Positions 1-9,397 of a stretch of DNA of 64,000 bases are shown here, piece after piece. The translations under genes and the position numbers were made by a program. The notes below the pieces were generated by a model. That model did no database searches and was not told the origin of the DNA. It saw only the letters and a program-made list of their open reading frames with translations. How positions within the stretch are numbered: position 1 is the stretch's first letter; each line of letters opens with the position of its first letter. This DNA comes from Chloroflexota bacterium (GTDB lineage Bacteria; Chloroflexota; UBA11872; VXNJ01): contig OZ253449.1 in assembly GCA_965261345.1 (NCBI GenBank), positions 928,001 through 992,000 of the forward strand. The letters are read 5' to 3'.

Positions 1-173
1 CGCCTGTTGCCACTCCTTAAATACATGATTGGCCGATCGCCTTTTTTGGAATGGACCAGGGTGGCTGTCGCAGACCCATCAATTCAAACACGCCATTGCA
101 AGCGTAGATCGAAGCGCTCTTAGAATCGATTCGGCGGGCGGATTTCATATGTTCAAGTTTCCCCCGCGAGCTA

Positions 174-980
174 ATGTCTGACCTGCTCGCGCAATTACAA
201 GCGACCCTGCTGGGGTTTCTCGAGGCCAATCAGTACTACGCCCTGGCGCTGCTGATCGGCATTGAAGAGGCCGGGGTGCCGCTGCCGCTGCCCGGAGACC
301 TGGCGATCCTCTTTATGGGATCGCAGATCGCCCTGGGGTCGGCCAACCCAATCGCGGTGGTGCTGGTGGCGGCTTCCTCGGCTACCGCCGGAGCATCGGT
401 TTTGTACTGGCTCGCGCGGAGATTGGGACTGGCGCTGCTGCGCCGCTACGGCCGTTTTGTGCGGATCGACGAAGGTTCGATTGAGCGGTTCGAGGACTGG
501 TTCCAACGCCATGGTGGGCTGGCGATTATTGTCGGCCGGATGATTCCCGGACTGCGCATCGCGGTCGCCGTGTTCGCCGGCCTGGCCCAGCTGCCCTATT
601 TGAAATTTGCAATCTATACGGGCATATCGTCGCTGCTATGGGCATCGTTCTTCACCGGGCTGGGATGGTACTTTGGAACCCGCTGGGACCAGGTCTTAGC
701 GGTTATCGCGCAAGTTACCGGCAACCCGCTGTTGACCGCGTTGGCCGGACTGACGCTCGGCGTGGCCTTGACCCGGCTCTACTACCGGCGGCGGCAGCGG
801 CGGTCGGAGTCCGCCCACGCCAACATCGACCCCAAAATCGCCGAGCTCCCGGCGCCAGCCGAGGAACTGGAAATCAGGGTTTCCGAGCCCACGGTCGCCG
901 AGCGGGTAGGTGAACCAGAGCATGGAAATGGCGGCAATTGGCGGTCCCGACCGGATTCGAACCGGCGATCTCCTCCTTGA
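174..980 (+). CDS. DedA family membrane protein
   Basis: Motifs EEAGVPLPLPGD and GRMIPGLR, several TM segments. The hydrophilic C-terminal tail overlaps tRNA-Asp on the opposite strand. Confidence 0.9.
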   Translation: MSDLLAQLQATLLGFLEANQYYALALLIGIEEAGVPLPLPGDLAILFMGSQIALGSANPIAVVLVAASSATAGASVLYWLARRLGLALLRRYGRFVRIDEGSIERFEDWFQRHGGLAIIVGRMIPGLRIAVAVFAGLAQLPYLKFAIYTGISSLLWASFFTGLGWYFGTRWDQVLAVIAQVTGNPLLTALAGLTLGVALTRLYYRRRQRRSESAHANIDPKIAELPAPAEELEIRVSEPTVAERVGEPEHGNGGNWRSRPDSNRRSPP

Positions 981-1015
981 CAGGGAGGTATGCTAGGCCG
1001 CTGCACCACGGGACC
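939..1015 (-). tRNA. tRNA-Asp(GTC)
   Basis: Reverse complement reads GGTCCCG...CTCCCTGTCAAGGAG...GGTTCGAATCC...CGGGACCGCCA: acceptor stem, GTC anticodon, T-loop and encoded CCA. Confidence 0.97.
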
Positions 1016-1448
1016 ATGGGAGGCGATTTGATCCCGTTAAAGTAGCGGGATCACGCCAAGTCGGAGCAATAAGCCAATAAGTTTATAGGGCCCTTTGCCG
1101 CGCGGTGGGGAATTTGAGAATCTAAGGACCATGTAATCCCTGGGGCGGCACGGGAGAAAATTACCGATGTCGGCGCGATCGCCCGGTCCTCCCGCTTGCC
1201 CGGCGAGAGTTCCGGTCCCATATTCGCTACTCGCCAGCGCACCTGGCAATCGCCTTCCTGCCGCCGCCCGAAGAAGATGTCATCTCCCTCTAAGGCGGCG
1301 CGGGCGGCAGCCTGCGGGGCACCATCGACGTCCGTGCGGGGGATGGGCATGCCCGCCGCTTCCCTGTACTTTGACCTCGTAGTCGGCGACCATTTCGGGC
1401 TCGTTGCCGCTGTTTGGACCTGGTGCAGGCTTGATGGACGGGCAAAAC

Positions 1449-1470
1449 CGAGCCCGCTGCAGCGGGCTCG
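1449..1470. repeat. 22-bp perfect palindrome
   Basis: CGAGCCCGCTG|CAGCGGGCTCG. Confidence 0.8.
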
Positions 1471-1558
1471 CGCGGTTCAATCAAAAGCCTGCCAATAATG
1501 GCGCTGCGCACACTACGCTACAACCAGCCGGCGCGCGCGAGATTTTGAGGGGGCGACG

Positions 1559-2614
1559 ATGCTGGAAGACCACCTAACACGACGGACCGCTTGGGCGCTT
1601 TTGCCCGCGATCATGGTACTGCTCCTGGCCTGCGCGCTGCTTGCCGCGTGCAACAGCAATGGCAACGACCTGCCAATCCCAACGACCCAATCAGATCCGC
1701 AAAGCGCCACCGACCCTGCAGGCAACGGCGATGCTGGCGGCATCACGCCCGAAAACGGCGATGTTGGTGAGGCAGCCGCGCCGGTCGCCGCCAACGCGCC
1801 CACGGTCCCGACCGGGCTTGCTATCCAAACGAAGCTCGAATCGGCCACCTATCTTGCAGAGAGCACCCAAGCAGGCACAGCAATGCTCGAAAACGGTGAG
1901 TTTCGCGAACCGGTCGCACCGGGTTCTGCTGGTGAACTGGTGATCCAGCTCGGTAAGTGGGCGCTTGGGGATCTCGACCGGCAGGGCGACTTGGACGCAG
2001 CGGCAATTACGATCGAGCATCCCGGCGGGACCGGCACTTTCTACCACCTGCATGCGTTGGTGGACGAAGAAGGCGCCCTGCGGGACGCAGATTTTGCATT
2101 TCTCGGCGACCGCATCCAGATTGAGGGCGTTTCCATTCACGACGGCGTCATCACCGTCGCGATGCTTGATCGGGCGCCGGGCGCGTACTTCATCGAGCCG
2201 CCCTCGATCCTCGTAGTCCGCTCGTTCCGGCTCCAGGGCGGCATACTGGTCGAGGTAATTGGCGAGGGCGCGTTCGCGTGCGATGCGGACCTGCCTAACG
2301 CGGCGATGGTGATTGTGCGCTCGCCCAACAGCGGCGACGAAGTAAAGAACGGATTCGGGGTAAGTGGTTGCTCGCGGACCTTCGAGTCGACGGTCAACTG
2401 GCGTTTGCTCGACCGCACGGGCAAGACGATCGCCGACGGCCATACGCAAGGCGGCGGCGTGGACGGGCCGGCTCCGTTCAACTTCACGATCGTCTACGAG
2501 TTGGCCGAGCGGCAACTCGCAAACCTCGAGGTGTTCGAGGCGAAGGTTTCAGAAGGCGAGGGCTTTCCGCCCCCGCGCGACATCGTGCCGGTTGTTCTCT
2601 TATCTAGTAGGTGA
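1559..2614 (+). CDS. Lipoprotein with C-terminal Gmad2-like Ig domain
   Basis: Lipobox LAAC; C-terminal SP..G..V...F.VSG.SRTFESTVNWRLLD..G pattern typical of Gmad2 domains. Confidence 0.75.
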   Translation: MLEDHLTRRTAWALLPAIMVLLLACALLAACNSNGNDLPIPTTQSDPQSATDPAGNGDAGGITPENGDVGEAAAPVAANAPTVPTGLAIQTKLESATYLAESTQAGTAMLENGEFREPVAPGSAGELVIQLGKWALGDLDRQGDLDAAAITIEHPGGTGTFYHLHALVDEEGALRDADFAFLGDRIQIEGVSIHDGVITVAMLDRAPGAYFIEPPSILVVRSFRLQGGILVEVIGEGAFACDADLPNAAMVIVRSPNSGDEVKNGFGVSGCSRTFESTVNWRLLDRTGKTIADGHTQGGGVDGPAPFNFTIVYELAERQLANLEVFEAKVSEGEGFPPPRDIVPVVLLSSR

Positions 2615-2636
2615 GGCGGACGCTTGCAACGTTGGT

Positions 2637-2666
2637 TCGGAGGACTGCGTTAACGCAGTCCTCCGA
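2637..2666. repeat. 30-bp perfect palindrome, possible terminator
   Basis: TCGGAGGACTGCGTT|AACGCAGTCCTCCGA, 22 nt after the lipoprotein stop codon; no U-tract. Confidence 0.75.
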
Positions 2667-3072
2667 TACCCGGCTTGAAAATTCCTCCGGATTTTTTAAT
2701 TCATCGGCTATCGGAATCGTTGTTAACTGCCACCAGCGATTCGCGATCACATTTGCGGCGAACAATTTTTTCAAAATCGCACCCGCATGGTGGTCTTGGA
2801 ACACACGGGCGTCTCCTGGGCGCCAATCCCGGGTGGTCTTGGCAGCGTTGATTAACGCACCGATTCGGTCCTTTCGCCAATTGCCGATGGGCTATTGATG
2901 GCGCTGAAGCGTTAATCCCGGGATGTGCGAGTATTTGTTCCCGGCGTCATATGTCAACCAAGATTTCCGCTAAACGATTCATGGGGACCGACCCGGCGCA
3001 AAGGCAGATAGAGTACGCGATTGCAGGAATCCAGATTCGACGACAGTGGGCATCTTCCCAGGTTCTTAAAAG

Positions 3073-4990
3073 TTGACTCCACACCACAACGACCCCGAAA
3101 TCACCGAGATCGCCCGGGACCTGCTTGATCGGCACCACTCCGGCGCGACTGAACAGAACGTGCTGAGCGCGGCCCGCGCTTTCCTGGTGGCGACGGAACT
3201 GTTCGATTCCAGGGAGCTGGGTGAGCAAATCGCGATCGGCGGCGGATTGGTCGACTTGATCGGACGATCGCACATCTTCGAGTTCAAACGACGTGTCGGC
3301 TTGTCCAATCGCATTCGCGCCGAGTATGTAAAGCAACTCGACGGGTACCTGGAGGCAGCCAGCACCGAGGCCCCGCAGGTGCGCTACGGTGTACTAACCG
3401 ACGGGCGCAGTTGGGTACTGCGCTGGCCAGGCCAGAGCGATGCCGAACCCACGATCAACCGACATTTTTCGTCTGGAGCGCCCTGATGACTGGTTTCTGC
3501 TCTACGAATGGCTGGCCGAGCAAGTATCAGTTGATGTCGAACCGCTCAAACCAACGGCGACCAATATTGCGGCTCAATTGGGTTCCGGCAGCCAGACCTA
3601 CCGAATCGCTATTGATCAGTTGCGGGAATTACGGCGGCTCAATTGGGTTCCGGCAGCCAGACCTACCGAATCGCTATTGATCAGTTGCGGGAATTATGGC
3701 GGCGCGCCGCCAACCCTAATTCGATCGAAGTAAAGAAAGAGCTCTGGCAGGACCTGCTGGCGGCCGCCCTCGGAGAAGCCGGACAGGTTGCAGATTCCGA
3801 AGACCTGTTCCTGCGGCACACTTACCTGTCGGCGGCGGTCGGCATTGCAATCCATGCCGCGTTTGGCCTGAGGGTATCCGAAATCGCCCAGAACGAGCCG
3901 GAAGAAATTCTGAACGGCAATCGGTTCTTTCTCGACACGGGAATCCACGGAGCGATCAACCAAGGGTTCTTTTCGTGGCCGAGTGAGGTTGACGGTTTCG
4001 CGAATTGGCTCGGGGCGCTTACCGGCGCAGTCAATCAATTCGATTGGTCGGGGCTCGACCAGGACTTTGCCCGCCTGCTGTATGAATCGATCATCTCGCC
4101 CGGCGAACGGCGCGATCTCGGCGAATACTATACGCCGCAATGGCTCGCTGACGCGGTCGTCGAGGAAGTTGTGACCGACCCCCTTAATCAGAGTGTCTGG
4201 ATCCGGCCTGCGGGTCGGGAACGTTCCTGTGGTCGGCGCTGCGACGTTATATCAACGCCGAGCGGGCAGCTGGTATGGCGCCTGCGCAAATGCCCGATTG
4301 GGCCTTAAACAACGTAATCGGCATGGATGTCCTTCCGGTGGCGGTCTTGCTCGCGCGCGCGGCCTGGCTGTTTGCGGTCCGCGATCTATTGGACGAAACG
4401 AACTGGCAGCAAGGGACGGCGGTGCCCGTTTACCTGGGCGACTCGCTGCAGTTGCGAACCGGCTATCGGCACGACCAGATATTCGGCGACTCGGCGGTCG
4501 TTCCCATCCGCGCCAAGGACGAAACGAAGGCGCGTGAATTACGGTTCCCGGTGGCGCTGGTTGATCAGAGCGATTGGTTCGATGACGTGATGCATTCGTT
4601 GGCGCGGGAGATCGAGAGCGGCGGAGATCCCGAAGCCTGGCTCAATAGCGACTCAATGCTCAGAGGAGAGCCTGACTTGGCGCATACGGCGCGCCAGCTG
4701 GCTGAATTGCACCGCAAAGGTCGCAATCACATCTGGGCCTACTACACCCGCAACTTGGTGCGCCCGATTGCATTGGGCCGGCGAAAGGTCGACGTGATCG
4801 TTGGCAATCCGCCCTGGATCTACTACAACCAAACAGACAATTTAATCCGGGATCGAACGAAGGAGTTGAGCCGCAGTTATGGGATCTGGTCAGGCGGACG
4901 ACATGCCGCCAACCAGGACATAGCCGGCCTTTTTTCACTCACTCCGCTCACTTATACCTCAAAGATCCAGGACAGATAGAGTTTGTTTTG
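3073..4990 (+). pseudogene. Type IIG-like fused restriction endonuclease / N6-adenine methyltransferase, frameshifted and truncated
   Basis: N-terminal PD-(D/E)xK-like region (VDL..IFEFK, QL..Y, GVLTDG..W), LGEYYTP, motif I LDPACGSGTFL (alternate frame at about 4197) and motif IV GNPPW. Frameshifts at about 3470, 3570-3700, about 4196 and about 4933. Ends at LYLKDPGQIEFVL, directly against the IS left end. Confidence 0.88.
3569..3696 (+). repeat. Tandem duplication with 65-bp period
   Basis: 63 identical bases at 3569-3631 and 3634-3696, bounded by GCGGC microhomology. Confidence 0.95.
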
Positions 4991-5065
4991 GAGGATTATA
5001 TCGCAGGGTTGACACGTCTCCAGATTGAAGGCAAACTAGACTATTAGCTGCCAAAGAATCTACTC

Positions 5066-6007
5066 ATGACCCAGAGAGCCCCGGGCAGATCCCACCGCGA
5101 GGGCGTAACCCTGCTTGAGCTTGCCGAACTATTTCCCGACGAAGAATCCGCCCGCCAGTGGTTCGAAGACATCCTATGGCCCAATGATGACCAGCCCTGT
5201 CCGCGCTGCGGCTCTGTCAACACACACGAGGCCAGCCACAAGAAGATGCCTTACCGCTGCCGTGATTGCCGCTCGTATTTCAGTATCAAAACGGGCACGG
5301 TTATGGAAGGTTCTCCTCTGCCGCTCCGCAAGTGGGTTTATGCTATCTACTTGGATGTAACCAGCCTCAAGGCCGTTTCCAGCATGAGGCTGCACCGCGA
5401 TCTCGGTATCACGCAAAGAACTGCCTGGCACATGCAGCAGCGCATCCGCGAGGCATTCGCCGAAGGCCCGCCCGTGCCGTTCGCCGGGCCGGTCGAAGCG
5501 GACGAAACTTACATAGGTGGTAAGCGCAAGAACATGCCCCGGCGCAGGCGCGAGCAACTAACTGGGCGCGGCGCGGTCGGCAAGATTGCAGTTGCCGGAG
5601 TCAGGGACCGAGCCAGCGGGCAAATCTCGGCCGCTGTGGTTTCGATTACTAACAGCGTGGCGCTGGTTCCCTTCGTCGCCGAGCGAACCGCATCGGATGC
5701 GCACGTCTATACGGACGATCACGGAGCGTACCGATATCTACCGCGCCGCCATCAGGTCGTGCGTCACAGCGTGGGCGAATACGTGGACGGCATGGCGCAC
5801 ACGAACGGACTGGAATCGTTCTGGGCGGTGCTCAAGCGCGGTTATCACGGGACGTTCCATCACTTCAGCGCAAAGCACGTCCAGCGTTACGTCAACGAGT
5901 TTGCCGGTCGACACAACATCCGCGACCGCGACACGCTGGAACAAATGGCCATCATCTCGCGCGGGATGGTCGGCAAGCGCTTGCGCTACCGGGAGTTGGT
6001 GGCCTAA
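5066..6007 (+). CDS. IS1595 family transposase
   Basis: Zn ribbon CPRCG...CRDC; DDE motifs VEADETYIGG, VYTDD, HTNGLESFW, YVNEF..RHN; frame intact. Confidence 0.95.
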   Translation: MTQRAPGRSHREGVTLLELAELFPDEESARQWFEDILWPNDDQPCPRCGSVNTHEASHKKMPYRCRDCRSYFSIKTGTVMEGSPLPLRKWVYAIYLDVTSLKAVSSMRLHRDLGITQRTAWHMQQRIREAFAEGPPVPFAGPVEADETYIGGKRKNMPRRRREQLTGRGAVGKIAVAGVRDRASGQISAAVVSITNSVALVPFVAERTASDAHVYTDDHGAYRYLPRRHQVVRHSVGEYVDGMAHTNGLESFWAVLKRGYHGTFHHFSAKHVQRYVNEFAGRHNIRDRDTLEQMAIISRGMVGKRLRYRELVA

Positions 6008-6027
6008 CGGCCGCCGGAGTCGAGCGA

Positions 6028-7443
6028 ATGGGCCACCCGAACTGGGCCGGCAAGACTATCTTCACCGGCGACAACCTGCCGACAATGCGCGGCATGAATT
6101 CGGAGTCGGTGGACCTTATCTACTTGGACCCGCCATTTAATTCGAAAACTGACTATGCAGCGCCCATCGGCAGCAAGGCGGCGGGGGCTGCGTTCAAAGA
6201 CACTTGGTCGCTTTCTGATATCGATGTCGAGTGGATCAATTTACTTGAGGCCAAGCACTTGAGGCTTTGGCGAGTGTTGATGGCGGCAATGACGCCAAGC
6301 GACAAATCGTACTTGGCTTACATGGCGGTGCGATTGCTGGAAATGCACCGAATCCTCAAGCCAACCGGCAGCATCTATTTGCATTGCGATCCAACTATGA
6401 ACCATTACCTGAAATTGGTCATGGATGCGATATTCGGGATCCGAAATTTCCGCAATGAGATTGTCTGGAGACGCAGTGACTCGAAGGCAAGGGGGAGTCA
6501 GCACACGGCTCGCAGTTGGGGCAACAGCATAGACTCCCTGCTGTTTTTTTCGAAAAGCGATCAAGCGGAGTTGAAGCCGCAAATCGTAGGGGAGATGAAT
6601 GAAGCGGAAATGAAGCGGAAATTTCCCAAGGTAGACGCGAACGGCCAACGGTACAACACCAAAACGACTGCTTGGTGCTCTCCGTCAATGGGTGCGCGTC
6701 CGAACCTCTGCTACGAGTTTCGCGGCATCACTCCGCCGTACCCGTCCGGTTGGCGGTTGAGCCGTCCGCGGATGGAGGAAGAGTTTGCCAAAGGCAACAT
6801 CGTAATTCGCAACGGCAAGCTCGAACGGCGTTCTTACGCCAAGGACTATCATGGTGCGTCTCCCGCCAATCTGTGGGCCGAAACCGAATTGCTGCTCTCG
6901 GCGCATTCAAGCGAACGCACTGATTACCCGACCCAAAAGCCGCTTGCCCTGCTAAACCGCATAATCCAAGCCAGTTCCAATCCCGGTGATTTGGTATTCG
7001 ACCCGTTCTGTGGGTGCGCCACTGCCTGCGTAGCCGCCGAGCTCGCCGGGCGAAATTGGGTGGGAATCGATATATCACCGAAAGCCGCGCAACTAGTGCG
7101 GGCGCGACTGCAAGAACAACCGCCGCTTGGAATCGGTTCACTTTTCCACAACCGGCTGGTAGCGCACCGCGAGGACATTCCATTTCGCGATGATTTGGGC
7201 TTACTGCCGCCATACAACTGCATTGCCAACCGAAATGCGCTATACGGAGCCCAGGGCGGGCATTGCGCAGGCTGCGGCGAGCACTTCATGACGCAACATC
7301 TGGAAGTTGACCACATCATCAGCCGCTCGAAAGGCGGCACGGATCATCTCGAAAACCTGCAATTGCTGTGCGCGCATTGCAATCGCGTCAAAGGCGATCG
7401 TGGGATGGAGTATCTGCGGACAAAACTCCAATTGGCGGCCTGA
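6028..7443 (+). CDS. Beta-class amino DNA methyltransferase fused to a C-terminal HNH endonuclease
   Basis: DLIYLDPPF (motif IV), YPTQKP, DPFCGCAT (motif I); C-terminal CAGC...EVDHIISRSKGGTDHLENLQLLCAHCNRVKG. Confidence 0.92.
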   Translation: MGHPNWAGKTIFTGDNLPTMRGMNSESVDLIYLDPPFNSKTDYAAPIGSKAAGAAFKDTWSLSDIDVEWINLLEAKHLRLWRVLMAAMTPSDKSYLAYMAVRLLEMHRILKPTGSIYLHCDPTMNHYLKLVMDAIFGIRNFRNEIVWRRSDSKARGSQHTARSWGNSIDSLLFFSKSDQAELKPQIVGEMNEAEMKRKFPKVDANGQRYNTKTTAWCSPSMGARPNLCYEFRGITPPYPSGWRLSRPRMEEEFAKGNIVIRNGKLERRSYAKDYHGASPANLWAETELLLSAHSSERTDYPTQKPLALLNRIIQASSNPGDLVFDPFCGCATACVAAELAGRNWVGIDISPKAAQLVRARLQEQPPLGIGSLFHNRLVAHREDIPFRDDLGLLPPYNCIANRNALYGAQGGHCAGCGEHFMTQHLEVDHIISRSKGGTDHLENLQLLCAHCNRVKGDRGMEYLRTKLQLAA

Positions 7444-7458
7444 GAGAGAAGCTCAGGA

Positions 7459-7578
7459 ATGCCCAAGAAACGCAAGGCCGGCCGGCCGGCCAAGTACGGC
7501 AACTCGACGCCGAAGCAGGTAGCAGAAGTCCTCTTGCGCTACCGCCCGAAGAAACCCCGGAAGAAGCGGCGCGGCTAG
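7459..7578 (+). CDS. 39-aa highly basic peptide inside the IS1595 element
   Basis: MPKKRKAGRPAKYGNSTPKQVAEVLLRYRPKKPRKKRRG; fills the gap between the MTase stop and the right IR; purine-rich upstream sequence. Confidence 0.5.
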   Translation: MPKKRKAGRPAKYGNSTPKQVAEVLLRYRPKKPRKKRRG

Positions 7579-7705
7579 GCTTCGTCAACCTTGATATTGA
7601 ATCCCCTTATTCGACAGATCATGACAAGGCGGCGAATGTACTACAGAACGACGGGTTGCGGGAGCGTTAACCGATTGACAACCAGCTTCGGGAATCGAGA
7701 CGCCT

Positions 7706-8842
7706 ATGTCAATGCATAGTGACGCTGCACATCGGGTACACCACGCATTCGAGATCATTAACAACCTGTGGAATACGAATGACATCAATCAAGACATCAT
7801 GCCTGAATACGCAGCAGCGCAAATATGGGCGTGGGCGCCAAATTGTTATTCACTGCTCGAGCAATCACTAAAAGTCTTGTGGGCTACCCGGAAAAAGATC
7901 GAACTCAGCGAAATCAAATCAGAAATCATGAATTTGGAAGGCGGGCGGTCCGGATTACACGACTTGGAGTTTCTATTTGGCCTTCAGACAGATTCGGACA
8001 AAAAGATCCTAGGTACGGCGTTCCAGTCCTGTCGTCGGCTTCATGATTACCTTCCGATCACTTCATTACCTGAGTTTCTAAAGAGCATTGGGCGCGGATA
8101 CACCGATTGGCGGTACATGCTGATCGAAGGCATTGAAAAGTTGCCGGGTAGCCACATAGATACGATGATCGAGCTCGCAGAAGCGGCGACCTTGACTTTG
8201 ATGCACGAGCATCACCGCAACATCAATTACCGAAGCATCGAGGTGAGGATTCAAGAAAGCCTTGATCGTGCTGCGTTTAATGCCGCGACCATGGAGTATG
8301 CCAGCAATTACCCAGAATTGGATAACGACGACGAATACATGGAGTACTTCAAGAGCATACTTCGCCAAACTCACCACTTAATTGAACGCAATCCAGTTTT
8401 GGTGTTGCGGTACTTGGACCTCGCAAAAGAACCCATGCCATCCGGTTTTGTACCCCAGGACGATACCAGTCGCATTGCGTTAATTTGTCGCGATCTACCA
8501 CCTAACGAACTTAAGCATTTGCGGCAATATTTCTTCAAACAGACTCCGCTGGGCAAGCTCAATCTGTCGGGGAGGGAATCGGACTGGTTGCGCCTGCGGA
8601 TGTACGAAGCCCGGACTGTGTTAGACCGCGCTCAAGATTCCGGCACCGTAGAAAACAACAGATTGATGCGATTGTATGAGGCCGAGCGACGTATCAAAGA
8701 GCTCGAATCTGATCTGTACTCGTTGGATAAGGATGCCAAGCATGCAGTGGATCGTTTGGCTGAACTAGACGAAACCGAGGTTCAGTGGGTCGAGATTGAC
8801 GCTGCAATTGACCTCTTATTGGGCCCAACAGGTCAGGAATGA
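7706..8842 (+). CDS. Hypothetical protein with N-terminal HEPN-like domain and C-terminal coiled coil
   Basis: Pattern EQSLKVL...HDLEFLF...YTDWRY resembles HEPN; 378-aa ORF with lower GC than the core genes. Confidence 0.6.
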   Translation: MSMHSDAAHRVHHAFEIINNLWNTNDINQDIMPEYAAAQIWAWAPNCYSLLEQSLKVLWATRKKIELSEIKSEIMNLEGGRSGLHDLEFLFGLQTDSDKKILGTAFQSCRRLHDYLPITSLPEFLKSIGRGYTDWRYMLIEGIEKLPGSHIDTMIELAEAATLTLMHEHHRNINYRSIEVRIQESLDRAAFNAATMEYASNYPELDNDDEYMEYFKSILRQTHHLIERNPVLVLRYLDLAKEPMPSGFVPQDDTSRIALICRDLPPNELKHLRQYFFKQTPLGKLNLSGRESDWLRLRMYEARTVLDRAQDSGTVENNRLMRLYEAERRIKELESDLYSLDKDAKHAVDRLAELDETEVQWVEIDAAIDLLLGPTGQE

Positions 8843-8857
8843 TTCTGAACCGGGATC

Positions 8858-9397
8858 GTGTTCTCACGGTGCAAGATAGAGCACTCTAAGTTGAGCACTG
8901 CGCTACGAGTCAGACAGGGTCTTGGTCGGCATCCCGGAGCACACCCTCTGGACTACAGGGTTCTGCTTCCGCATCGCCGAGTCCCCGATCAGGGTACGAC
9001 GCTCATTACCCTCGCGGAATATGTCCGGCAAACGCCGAAACTCGAATCAGTCAATTCCCTAATCAAGAAAGCGATTGAGTACGCATCGTGGGAACCTGGC
9101 TGGGATGGTGCGGGTGCAGAGAAGATCAGCATCCTCGCGGTTCAGAATTTTTTGCGAATCCTCCGGTCAACCTTCCCGGTGATCGAATTACCTCACATCG
9201 CCCCAGCAATGACCGGTGAAATATTGGTCCAGTGGGCGTTCGGAGACCACGACTACATTGAGATTTACGTAGGTGAGAACGATGTTTTTCCAACAGAAGC
9301 ACACGCCGTGCAAAACGGGAATATTTCCGATCATGCACTCACGGATGTCGGCACATTGGTGCGATTGGTGGCGAGGGTCAGGGCTCGTTCGTATTGA
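8858..9397 (+). CDS. Hypothetical protein with GWDGxGA motif
   Basis: EPGWDGAGAEKI...LPHIAPAMTGEILVQW; stop overlaps the next start (TTGA). Confidence 0.65.
   Translation: MFSRCKIEHSKLSTALRVRQGLGRHPGAHPLDYRVLLPHRRVPDQGTTLITLAEYVRQTPKLESVNSLIKKAIEYASWEPGWDGAGAEKISILAVQNFLRILRSTFPVIELPHIAPAMTGEILVQWAFGDHDYIEIYVGENDVFPTEAHAVQNGNISDHALTDVGTLVRLVARVRARSY

Larger units (their letters stand above)
4991..7606 (+). mobile_element. IS1595-family element carrying passenger genes
   Basis: Imperfect 23-bp terminal IRs: GAGGATTATATCGCAGGGTTGAC (4991-5013) versus GGGGATTCAATATCAAGGTTGAC (reverse complement of 7584-7606), 17/23 identical. The left IR starts where the RM pseudogene breaks off. No target duplication seen. 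Confidence 0.75.

Noticed and set aside
1051-1480. Short minus-strand ORFs upstream of tRNA-Asp
   Set aside because: No recognisable motifs; possibly debris, cannot be supported.
3569-3696. Direct repeat as a possible CRISPR array
   Set aside because: Only two adjacent copies with no spacer, inside a coding region, and no cas genes.
6028-7443. RNA-guided HNH nuclease (IscB/HEARO-like)
   Set aside because: No RuvC or PLMP motifs, and no non-coding space inside the element for a guide RNA.
7605-7670. Resumption of the type IIG gene after the IS (PYS...)
   Set aside because: Overlaps the IR, closes after about 20 codons, and has no target duplication to support the join.
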